NCBI GenBank assembly: GCA_903813345.2 | Contig: CAIIXF020000001.1 | Coordinates: 41,230,001 to 41,294,000, forward strand | Length of the DNA: 64,000 nucleotides | Source: Owenia fusiformis | Lineage: Eukaryota | Direction: 5' to 3' | Shown: piece by piece, positions 1 through 12,800 of the stretch | How positions within the stretch are numbered: position 1 is the stretch's first letter | How the letters are laid out: the number at the start of each line of letters is the position of its first letter | Program-made: the position numbers and the translations under genes | Notes under the pieces: model-generated | The model's input: the letters and a program-made list of their open reading frames with translations, nothing else | Databases searched by the model: none | What the model was told of the DNA's origin: nothing

Positions 1-218
1 GCCACTTGAATTCTCAAGTGAATTTATTAGAACTTATCAATGCTCTTATTTCATTCCAATGCATCTAATGGGGCTTCATTTCTATTGAAAGGACAGAGTG
101 CATATCATATTATTGTCATGTTACTTTCACTTTAAATTGGCTATTGAATAGATTCATGAATTTTTCATTTCATTTAATAAAATTGTTTCAATTAAGAAAA
201 TAAATGAGAAAAAAATCA

Positions 219-730
219 AAACTAGAAAACAGCAACTCAACAGAGTAGTAAATCCCACCAAACAAAAATGTTTTGATAAATAGTGGCCATATTAAAAATT
301 CCTTCTCGCCCCGAACTCCCCTGTCGCTAGGTATCAGCATATAAAATTTGAGTTATCAAAGATTACATATTTACAAAAAAATGGCCGCCATTTTAAAATT
401 TAGCAGCTATCTTAAAAACTCTTCTTCAGCAAAGCTCTTTTGTCCTTTGGCAGCATATAAAATTTGAAAAAATCTGTCAACTAGCATTTGAGTTATCAAA
501 AATTAATTTTTTTACAAAAAATGGTGGCCATTTTGAATTGAGTGGCCATATTGAAAACTACTTCTCAAGCAGAGGTCCTATACCCGAACAAACATTAGAC
601 AGACGGCATCTTGTAATATATAGATACACTGTCCCACATGTTTTGTCAAAGGGCAACTGAAGCATACAATCTTTCCACAAAGACAGACGGACAAACTCAC
701 AGACAGACTCCGTTCGATGGAATAATAAGT
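219..730 (+). mobile_element. Degenerate HINE-like element
   Basis: ACTAGAAAACAGCAAC...AAATCCC start (related ends at ~27550 and ~28334), repeated AAATGGCCGCCATTTT-type core units and a GACAGACG-type microsatellite tail. Confidence 0.5.
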
Positions 731-864
731 GAAAAGATTGGAAGAGTGTGGAAGAAAAACTGGCATCATAAAACATGTGTAATGTTTTACAGGTTCTATT
801 ATCTTTTAATATTTCATTTCACAAAAGAAGCTCCACAAATGGCTGTTCCATTGTGTTAACTTAC

Positions 865-3800
865 CCGCAGCATGGCACTGGGCCTCAGGATTGGAGAAAT
901 CTTTCAAAGTTTTACACAGCTCCACAACAAATGTTTCAGATATAATAGGACCCTGGAATACAATACAACCAACATGATTGAAGAAATAACGAATTTGAAA
1001 ACAATAAAAAAAATAGCAAAAAACATTGTATTCACACAGACATCCCTGTATTTCATTTTCTGCCATTTTTTTCAAAATCCATTAATGTTTAATCACTATC
1101 AAAAAAGAACATGCAAAATAAACATATGTTGTTAACTAGATCACCATGTGATATTTGATAATCCATCGGGACACAACTTAAATCATTTAATATCAAGGTA
1201 TAAAGTTTATACCGTATTGCCTGGTCAGGAATTGAATATGGGTTTTATATCTTGGTCAATACGATATTTCTATATATATATTGGCACTCGATGTAAAACC
1301 CCAATTCAATAACTTTCAGTAAACAACCTATATTCATCAAAATAATCATATTATATTGGTTTCCAGTGAGAAACGGGTAAACACTCTGAACTGTATCAAA
1401 ATCATACTGAACTACAGGGCATTTGAAATAGTCATCATGATGTAACTCACCTCATTGGCTTTATGTATAGATAAATTACGTAAACAGGCTAAAGCTGCAC
1501 ATAGCGTCTCACCCTCAGATTTACACACTGTGTCGTGTAATACCTGAAGACCCCTTAGCTGAGTTATAAGAATCTGATTGTCTCCGTCTGATGCGAGATT
1601 CCTCAAAGCCAAACATGACTGACAAATCACCTGTAAAAAAAGATGAAATTGTATTACTTCAAAATTGTCGACAATTATCAACTATTTATTTTAATAAAAT
1701 ATTGTAAAGAAATTTGCCTCATACTGCTGTCCCGAACTCCAATTTCGCTATTCGTCTAGGAAAAAAAAAGGTTTGTCAGTATTATTTTGTAACAGACAGG
1801 GGCCTAAAACAAAACTACAGAAATAGTACTGGTGCACACAGCTAAGCTTATGTTCCACAAAAAGTAACCCAGTAGCCTCCCTTGGCCCCCAGAAAAGCAA
1901 TATACATGTAGATGTAGGGATGTGAGAAGGGAGTCTCAGGTACCTGAACAAGAAACACTATAACCCACATTGGTCGCAATTAAGCGTATGGCCCCCTGTG
2001 GCCTCTGCAAGAAATATGGGATCACATGGTCTACAGGGCTATGGATGTGATACTGGAGTCCTAAGCTAATCCAAGGCTACAAGAAGTAATGTGCCAGGGC
2101 CACAAGACTATTTTGGTGGTCACAAGTCTGCCCCTTGGTAGGAGGGGAGATGGGGCTCAGTCACCTGAACAAGAGAACTATAAAGCACAGGGCTGTCAGT
2201 TAAACTGTTGGCCACGATTGGCTTCTGCAAGGAGCAATATGGGCAATATATCTGTCCTTAGTAGATAATATTATAATATTGGCCTCACGATAATCCCAAT
2301 ATCCTTAACCTCACATAGGATAATCTTTGTGTAATTATCATCAATTTTAGAAGTACAGTAAAACTTGTGAATAGTGAACATTTTTTGCCAAGAAAGAAGG
2401 TTCAATGTTGGTAAGTGTAAGTGTTCAATACAGAGGGGGTAATTTATACAGAAATCAGTGGCGTATGTGCGAAGGAAGGGTGTCTACTAGAGACAGGTGT
2501 TCACCAGAGAGAGGTGTTCACTAAGACAGGTTTTACTGTACAATTGACACTTAATACAATTGTAAATAAAAGTATATATTCAATTGTGATAATATTAGGA
2601 AACTACACTGATTTTGACCATTCCTGAAATTTTCATCAATTGGAGTATATTGATAACCATTCATTTCATGAAATGTAACTTTACATTGGGTGGATTGCCA
2701 ATCACAGTGGCATTATAGGCCAAGCTTTGACATTACATAGGATAAAATTCAATTAAGAACAGTTCTCCTAACTATATAGCAAAGCCTCTATTGGGCTTAT
2801 TTTGCTGTCCTCAGGTGCACTTTCCAACTGATGAATTTTAAAATTTTTACCATTGATGTCTGGAGTATAAATTGGGTTTTGGATATTCTTTATCAGACAC
2901 TGCAGTAATACAACTGACATGACTGAGACGTCAAAACTAGCTTACTTTTGTTTTCAGAAATATTTTAAAATGTTGTGTTTGTATTGCGTTTTAAGTGTCA
3001 AAATATGTGAGATTGTGGTGTTCAGGAATCAAACCAAAATACAGTAATTTTGTTCCGTGTCTATACTGAGATCCTAGCCTAGTCTGGGAATAAGAACAAA
3101 TCTGAGTATCAATAACAAACTCTAGCTATCAACCCTTTAAGAAATGACAAACTCTAGCTATCAACCCTTTAAGAAATGACAAACTCTAGCTATCATCCCT
3201 TTAAGAAATGACAAACTCTAGCTATCAACCCTTTAAGAAATGACAAACTCTAGCTATTAACCCTTTAAGAAATGACAAACTCTAGCTATCAACACTTTAA
3301 GAAATGACAAACTCTAGCTATCAACTCTTTAAGAAATGAAAAAAAATATTACCCTGATATCATCTGAGTCTCGTAACAAGGTGAGTAGCTGCTTTATGAC
3401 ATCACACTGGCCTACAGCGACCATCATGGCACGATGTTTGTCACGTACAGCAAGGTTACTAAGAGCTGCTGCACAATAATACTGCACATCTATATCTGAA
3501 GAATGAAGGGTCTCAACAAGGACAGGGATCACTCCTTTTTCCACCAGCTTTTCCCTTGTCATATCTGGAAAACATTAACTAGATTATTAGTCATGCTTCA
3601 AGTCCTCGGGGACCCCTACACAATCCAATTCCAAAACAGGAGGGGAAGTAGATATGTGACAGATGCAGAAAAACTTAGTCATCAATCACAGAATCTCTGA
3701 GAATTAATCATTTAAATCCAACATTCTTTTTCTGACCAAAAACATGGGCACCAACAATACATTTCATGGTTTACTAAATCTCATTGTACTGTATATTGTA

Positions 3801-6800
3801 TAATTTCAAGTGGAGCATATTTAGATAAGTTACAAGTGACCATTCTATCAGGATCATCTATTCTAGGGTATTGCATCTAGTCTATGGGTATGTATGTATG
3901 TACATTTTCTAAATTTATTGCAATAAAAAAAATCAAAAAAATCTAGTCTATGGGTACAACAATGTTCTGGAGTATGTGGGTGTATAGGATAGGCTCCTAC
4001 CTAAGTGTGTAAGATTAAGTAGAGCTCCAGTTGCATTGCGTTGTACTCTGATGTCTTTTGACCTGGCAAGGTTCAGTAAAGGTTTCACTCCTCCAGCGAG
4101 AACTATGTCATGTTTGTGTTTATCTATAATACAAAACACACAAAAATTTGTCTCCAATCTTTAGAAACTTAGAAATGAGCATCTGAAAGATAATTGTAAG
4201 TGGTGATTTGGGTGTTACCTCAAATATCTCAAAATTGAAGTATAAAATGTCTAGTCCCTGAAAGGCTAGAAAAGACAGAAAAACTTTTTGAACTTGATAA
4301 AAAAATTACCCAAAAGTCTATCAAAGATGACTTTGAGAACTTTATAGTAGATCACTGAAATATAGCTTGAAGTAAGAGATATAAAGAAAAGTGAAGAAAG
4401 AATTATCTTGCCATTAATAACAAGAAACACATGGAGTATTTTTTTGAAAAACAGACCTTGATTGTTGTGACGCAAGTCCTTTTTAAATACATGTATAACG
4501 GTAATTTCCTGTTGTAGAGAGCATCATCAGTAATGAAATATAGATCTCACCTTGTATAAATACAGGAAATGTTTTACTTGGGCAATAATCAGATATGAAT
4601 CACTTAATGTCTAGTCTTTTATGTATCATTTTGCGTCATTTCAAAAATTAAATAGGTGGATAATAGGAAGATAATAGTATCCAGGAGGGACCTAAATTAC
4701 ATAACTTACCACTTGTAGTAAGAGCAGTTATACATCCACATACGTTGCACTGTACCTCCAGTGAATTAGAGTACATCAGCTTCACCAGAGGTCTGATAGC
4801 ACCTGCCTTCATAATAGACATTTTGTTACTCTCTGCAAAAATAAGCTTTCAAACTTCAATTTCAATTTATTCATAAACAACAGAAGTACATTATATAAGT
4901 GAATGAATGACACATAAAAATAGCATATGGAACTTGGAGATTTAAAATAAATACAATGATGACACGTAAACTCAAGAAATATATTTATTTTATATTTTAA
5001 TTCCCTGTTTCAGATGTGTTTCTAATCACAACCAAAATGATTTTAGAATCTCAGAGCTGCCATGTCTAAATTTCAAATTCATTTCTTTAACCACTCAGAA
5101 TTGCCTGAAATCCTTTCATCTTTAGTGCAGCATTTAGATGATCCTTTTTACAAGAGTTCATTTTCTCTCTAAAGAATGGGTATCGATATGGCGAACTTTT
5201 TGAACACACGTTTCTCTTAAACCAGTCATCAAAAATTTCTGAAAATCTTACAAATTGTCAATTTAATGGCCATCTTTTGAATGGTAACAATATAATTTGA
5301 AATAGATATAATATACTTTCATCTATATTGTTTAAAAAACACATCCAACACTTGTTTTGTTCGTGGTATCATGTTTCCAGAGTAAAATGAAACATCTTTC
5401 CGAACCTCATTGGAACAAAACGACATAAACACAATGTGTTTAAATCTCTCAATATTGTAATTGTACAAAGGAAATTTTGGTTGATTTTAAAAAAGTATCT
5501 TGTTAATGAAATAAAAGGTTTTTCTTGATTTTTATTTATTTTTGGGGGATTTTGTTTTAATTTTTTGAATACTTTTTTAAAATCAACCAAAAATTCCTTT
5601 GTATAACTTAAATATTGAGAGGTCTAAAAACATGTTGTATATGCTATTTTGTTTCAACAAGGTTCGGAAAGACATTTTATTTCATTCTCAAGAATTGGTA
5701 GAAAGGAGCAAAAACATTTGCACTAAAAAAAACAAAAAATGTTAATAAAAACAGTTATATAAAATATTTCTAAATAATTTTCGCATTAAATTGTTGTCAA
5801 TCAGTCAACATTACATAAAATACCATGTTTTTTTACAGAATGTTTTCAATGATTGGTTTAAGAGAAAAACATTGTTGAATTCAGTTCTCCATATCAATAC
5901 CTATCCTTTGAGAAAAACACTAGCCCATTAAGATTATGTCATGAGGAAATCATGCCACTATGATTTCTACCTAATTATCATATATGTAATTTTACAATCA
6001 AACTCCCACGAAAGCTAAATTTGGGATCATTGAGACTCATCACCATAGAAACAGTATAATCACCTAAGTGAATGAAGTAAGAGAAAAAGTAAGAGAGTGT
6101 AGTGAGGCTATCCAAAGGGGACTTCAGTGTTGCAGCTTGAACATGAACATGAAATATTCTCACCTGGGCCATAGACAGCCAGGTTGCTCATAGCAAGGGA
6201 TGCTGCCCTCTGGACCTGTATATCCCTGGACTGCAGGAGAACCACTAAGGGCTCCAAAATCACCTCAGACACTGGCGTGGTCACTGCAACCAGAAAACAA
6301 ACTTCAAAATTAGTCTTGGCTCATCTTCACTTTTGAGAGAAATAATGAAGTTGAAAATATAGTACTATGTATGTTAATATTTGTATGGTACTTTATGAAA
6401 TTATTAATTCATTTATTACAAATGTACAGTAAAACATGTCTTATCACATTCACATTCATTTATTACATATGTACAGTAAAACATGTCTTATCACATTCAC
6501 ATTCATTTATTACATATGTACAGTAAAACATGTCTAATCGGACTAGCGAGCTAGATTTGGATAAGAACTAGATGAGAGAGGTGTTTAGAAATGCAGGTTT
6601 TACTGTAATACAATTAATAGTACAATAACGTCAGAAATGACGTTATTAGTATTATTACCACCATTAATGACCAGGACTGAAACAGCAAGAAAATCTTACG
6701 CACTGAACGATATCTAATTTCCCGGGGAAAATTGCCAGTCGTTAAATGCATTCTTGACCGGCTATATTTGCCTGCCATTATGACGTCACATATTGCTCAG

Positions 6801-9800
6801 GTCGATAGAGTAAAAAAATGAATGCCTTCTAAACTAGCACTAAAATCCCTAGAACTGGCTCGGCAAGGTGGTAATAATGTTTTTTCCAGAGTGGCCTTGC
6901 CTGTATGTTGTAATCTAATTAAAATTATATTCCCTAGGACCTGAAACATTTTTATTCAGTCACGTAACTTTATTAAAATTGATTTATACAAATAGATGAT
7001 TCATTGATGAATCATACAAGTATCAAAACAAGTACAGTATAATAACATCTTACAAATAATTGAATTTTCTCTTACATGACATCTTTCTTACAAAATTTTT
7101 GTTTGTGCAATGTGAAATTTTGTTTACTTCTGATAATGTTGGATCGATTAATTTACATAAATTATTTATTGACGTAAATATGAGACTGGGAAGTTTAATG
7201 TAAACATGTTATTGTGAGTGGAGACTAATACAAATGACCGGGTGATATTTTTAAAATAATATGAGTTCAAATGATTGAGTGATGTTTTTAAATATTGTAA
7301 ATTAAAATGACTGGTTGACAATGGACCACAAAGATATGGGACCATCTCAAACAATATTATGGCTTGATACCTATGATGCCATTAATTACCTAAATATCTG
7401 CTTTGAATGATATCAAGTTTTATTTATATTCGTTTGAGTGTAACGAATTAGAATATAAATTATTTCTACATATTACTACAGAGTGTAGCTTTAAGCGTTA
7501 CGAAAATCGAACGCTATTTTCGAATGCGAGTAGAATATGAGTGAGTGAATAGGTGTGTAGTGTTTAGGAGAGACGAAATCATTCTGGCTACGTCATCTAT
7601 ACAGTGAACACCTTATCCATATTACACGTGGACATTACACAATGGACCCAATAGACATGAGTCAACCAGCATCACTACAAAGTGTTAGCACCTTGCTTAC
7701 CCAAGAATTTGGGAAATTCCGAAAGCATTTGCGAGAAGAAACAGAGGAAAACAACGCTAAATTGCTAAAAAGGATGAAAACAGACGAAGAAAACAGTACA
7801 CCATACGTGTTCAAGAAAAGGGCAACAAAATTCAACACGAGTTTAATCTTAAGGTGAAAGCCTGCTTCCAGACTACTACAGACGCACTAGAGCGCGCGAG
7901 CGAAGCTGACCCCGACAAAGTGAACGATTTATTGCAAGAGGCTCACGACTCGGCTATGAAAGGTATTGATTTTCTTACATATAGAAATAAGTTGGTAAAA
8001 CTAGCTGATACATCCGACACAGGATGGAAAACTGTAGTTGAATACGATAAAAAGCCATTGGCTAATGACAGTGACGATGATAAACGGATAAGAACAGCCG
8101 ATCAAGATGCAGTACGCAAAATGAGATCGTCAAATCGATATCGTTCTTCTCGTAGATTTTCTAGTTTCAGAAGTCGCAGAGGCCAATACAGAGATGATCA
8201 ACAACGCGACAGCTACTTCAAGCAGGGGTACAGTTACGCATTAAATCGTGGATATGGGTACGAAGGACGCTATTATCCACGTGGAGCAAGCAAGTTCAGA
8301 CCAGGTGGTTGCTGGGCGTGCGGCGAAATCGGGCACTGGGCAGACACGTGTACCAAAAAGAACCAAACAGAATCCAGTCGTTAGTCGTAGCACAGTAGAA
8401 AAGTTAAGTACAAACACTTCTGAAATCTTGAAAGACCTGGGAAACAAAATTCATGTAAAGGGTAATTTAAAGAGGCATGCACAGTTTTGGTCACATATAA
8501 ATGCAAACAGTTACGTTTTAGACATCGTAAAAAACGGTTATAAAATTCCTTTTAGAGAAATTCCGACAAAAGCGTTTTTTGAAAAACAATAGGTCATCTC
8601 TAGAAAACACAGAATTCGTGGTAAAAGCTATTCAAGAATTAGAATTACTGGGGTGTGTAAAGGAAGTTCAAGAAAGACCATGGGTCGTTAATCCATTAAC
8701 AGTAGCAATCAATTCGAAGGGGAAGAAACGTTTAGTTTTAGACATGAGGCACACAAATGATTACATTTCCTTAGACAAATGCAAATACGAAGATTTATCA
8801 ACCGCAAAAAATTATTTGAAACAAGGCAAAAAGTTAATATCGTTTGATATCACTGCGGGATATCATCACATTGATATTTGCGAAGTACATCAAACCTTCC
8901 TGGGCTTTTCACAGTACTGCCATTTGGTATTTCAACGGGAGGTCTCGTTTTCACAAAATTGATGAAAAGTTTGGTTTCACACTGGAGATCATTGGGGCTT
9001 CACATTGTAGTATTTCTTGACGATGGCCTATGTGTATCAGAAAACACAGAACAGTCTAGAGCAAACGCATTTCGCATTCAAGCAGACCTAAAACATGCTG
9101 GGTACATAATCAATGAAAAGAAATCTGAATTTGAGCCTAAAGATTCATTGATATGGTTAGGGTTCGAGCTAAACATGAATGACGGAAAAATCTATGTCCC
9201 CACGGAAAAAATTAGCGATTTGAAATCAAAAATTGTCAATTTAATGAAACAAAGGTTCGTAACCTACAGACAAATAGCCGAAATAGTAGGCAAAATCATG
9301 TCTATGATGCATGGTATTGGCAAAATATGTCAACTAATGACACGATGTTTAAGTATGAAAACAGTAGGCATAACAAAATGGGAAAACCGCACAATACTGT
9401 CAAATTCAGATATTGCAGAACTAGAATTTTGGTTGAATGAAATCGAAAAGTATAACAGCGTCGCGTTAATCTCATACACCGTGCCAGAGAAATTCGTGTA
9501 TTCAGATGCATCAAGCACTGCAGCCGCGGGCTATGTGGTAGAACTAGAATCGAACAAACAACAACCTTGTTATCTAAAATGGTCAGAATCAGAAAAGCTC
9601 AAAAGTTCAACTTGGCGTGAAATGAAAGCAGTAGAAATTGTTTTGAAATCTTTCAAACATAAAATTGAGGGCAAGTCGGTAAACTGGTCAACAGATAACA
9701 AAAATGTTTGTAGCATAACTAGCAAGGGTAGCATGGTCAAAGAATTGCAAACTTTAGCATTGAGCATTTTCCAAGAATGTATCAAATCAAAGATTGACAT

Positions 9801-12800
9801 GGTCTTTCAATGGGTACCTAGAAATCAAAATCAAGAAGCTGATTTAATGAGCAAAATGTTGGATCCAGATGACTGGGAAATACAGCCACATATTTTCAAA
9901 TTATTGAATAGTAGATACGGACCTCATACAGTCGATCGTTTTGCTAGCATAGAAAATACACACTTAGAGAGGTTCAATTCAAAATTCGCACAACCAAACG
10001 CGGAGGCAGTCATTGCTTTTAGTTGTAATTGGGAAAAAGAAAATAACTGGTTGGTACCTCCAATACAAGATATAGGAAGAACGATAAAGCATTTAATAGC
10101 ATGTAGAGCAATGGGCACATTGATTGTACCGTGTTGGAAATCATCGTATTTTTGGCCACTTATTTCCAAAGCTGGCAATTTCAAAGCTATAGTCGTGGAT
10201 CACGTTGAATTTGGGAATCCAATGAAAGTGTATAAACGAGGCAGTAATACTATATTTGGATCTGAAAAGCTCAAATCGCATGTTTTAGCACTGCGCTTGA
10301 ACGGAAAACTATTTTAGAAGATTAGTCCATTACTAGTTTATCAAAAACACCGAAAGTACGAAGACAGCCTTGAATGTATGGTCAAAATAGTATATACAAT
10401 TTGATTTTTATATTTTTTATATCTTATAGCATCTAGTCATTATATTCCTCTTACAGACAACATTAATATACGTATGCGTGCCACGGCAATCGTGTAAAAA
10501 ATATTAGGCTTATTTATAGACAACAAACTATATCGGAAATAAAGGCAACTAACGTAAAGTCACCGTAGGCTCATTGTATATGACAAACTTACGCTAAACA
10601 GGGATGCCAATTGCCACCATAGGCTTAAAACGTATAACCACCAATTATGTTGCTTACGTTGCTTAAAACTTATATCCACCATAGGCTCAAAACATATAAC
10701 CATCGTAGGCTCAAAACGTATAGCCACCGTAGGCTCAAAACGTATAGCCACCGTAGGCTCAAAACGTATAGCCACCGTAGGTTGGCTCAAAACGTATAGC
10801 CATCGTAGGCTCAAAACGTATAGCCACTGTAGGCTCAAAATGTATAGCCACCGTAGGCTCAAAACGTATAGCCACCGTAGGCTCAAAAACGTACAGCCAC
10901 TGTAGGCTTAAAACATAGCCACCGTAGGCTTAAAACGTATAGCCACTGTAGGTTTAAGACGTTTAGACACCGGATATTTTTAAAGAACGAATGGTCACTG
11001 CAGAATTATAAAACGAATAGCCACTGTATGGTTAAAATATATCAATGACACGGGCAGTAAGTGATAGCAAACGTATCTTTATTAATGATAACATCTTGCT
11101 GGAAATATGCTAAGAATACAAATAGACACTGTAAGCCTATACGTCATTCTGCTAATACAGACATCTTTTTCTGTTTTAATTTTTATGTTGTATGTTGTTA
11201 AGAGAATAAAGAGTATGGTGAATACAAATGTTTACGTACAAATTTATAGACAACTTGTTTATGTTTCTGTCATATGTAATTGTATATTTTATATCAAATA
11301 CATGTACACGTTTCATATTATATTTGTCATTTATGAATATCTATTAATTTTAGAAACTGGATGAAAGCTTCGATTGGTTGAATTCTGTGAAAGATATTGA
11401 GCACAGAAGAAGCAGAATACCCCCGTTGTTCAAGTAATTGAAATATTATCGATTGTATAAATTTTACAGGTATACTCGGAAGGCTCTCGAAAGACGACGT
11501 TGACGGAAAACGAGCAGCAAAAGAAGCTGATAAAAGAATTGTAAAAAATAAATAAGAAATGCATGCATAATTACGTGTTTAAGTTTTCTCAGTAAGAAAA
11601 ACAATTGTAATATGATCAAAAAACTCCAGGATTGTTGAAACGGGCATGGACAATATGAAAACAATAGAAGACCCACCGTTAAAAATACTATCAAAACAAT
11701 TGATGGTTGAAATCGTCAACTCCAGTAAAAGCGACAACACAAAGAAAAAATATACATTTTACTTCGAAAAGTGGACTCGATGGTCTAACAATTTCCCCAA
11801 AGTCAAGGACATTCCTGCCGAACCAAGGTATATCGCAATATTCTTGTTAGCTCAACTACAAAGTGGATCATCATATCATGTTTTGAACTCTTTACGCTCA
11901 AGCATTAGCTGGGCGCACAAATGTGCAGCTTTACCAGATCCATGCTGTTCATCATTAGTCACTAACTTAATAGAGGCAGCAAAACGTCAAACTAGCAAAC
12001 CTGTTCAGAAAAAAGAACCTATAGACGCGAGTATATTGACTCAATTAGTTAACAACATGTCCAAGGACAATTCACTTAAAAACTTGAGAAACGTCACTCT
12101 TTGCGTGTTAGGTTTTGCTGGGTTTTTACGTTATTCCGAATTAGCACACATAACCGTAGGTCCACAATCCAAGACAGATGTTTATCGAAATGGAAATTCA
12201 GTTGTGATTGCAAAAACTGGTAACATAACATGCCCATATAATATTTTACAAAGTTATTTAAAGGCTCTTGATCCCAAGAACTTGTTATCAAAAGACCAAT
12301 ATATTTTTAGAGGGTTGTCTCGCAAGAAAGATGGTAGTTTTGTAGCAAGGTCCGCTAACAGAATGTTATCTTACACAACAGTCAGAGAGATTGTGTTAAC
12401 ATCCATCAAGAGTATTGGTCTCAATCCAAAGCTTTTCGGTGTACATTCGTTAAGATCAGGAGGCGCCACAACGGCGGCCAACAGTTCAGTTTTAGAGAGA
12501 AATTTTAAACGACATGGTCGTTGGAAGAGTGAGACCGCAAAAGATGGATATGTGAAAGACGATATTATAAGTAGATTGGGAGTTACCATGAAACTTGGTC
12601 TATGAATGTTTGTAATGAAATATTCTCAATAAAATGTTTAAAGTTAAGAGTACCGTTGTTAAAGTAACGTGTCAAGAAGCCAACTCTTTCTCTAGATTTT
12701 CTGTAACGAGATGCGACCTCTAGCCAAAGCTATTTTTAATATCTAATGACATTATGAGTGTCATGTTAGTTTTAAAAGCGCAACGCTTTGTAATGTATAG

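Noticed and set aside
3115..3338. 32-bp repeats as a CRISPR array
   Set aside because: No spacers; this is a plain intronic minisatellite.
4500..4540. CTGATGA...GAAA on the minus strand as a hammerhead ribozyme
   Set aside because: No convincing stem II or stem III could be formed.
10560..10886. Minus-strand 108-aa ORF (LSLRWLYV repeats)
   Set aside because: It is the antisense read of the 24-bp array, with a non-ATG start and no other support.
10551..11035. CRISPR-like array next to an RT and an integrase
   Set aside because: The repeats are head-to-tail with no unique spacers, there are no cas genes, and the context is eukaryotic.
9302..12589. Antisense ORFs within pol and YR
   Set aside because: They are shadow frames of real coding sequence and have no recognisable motifs.
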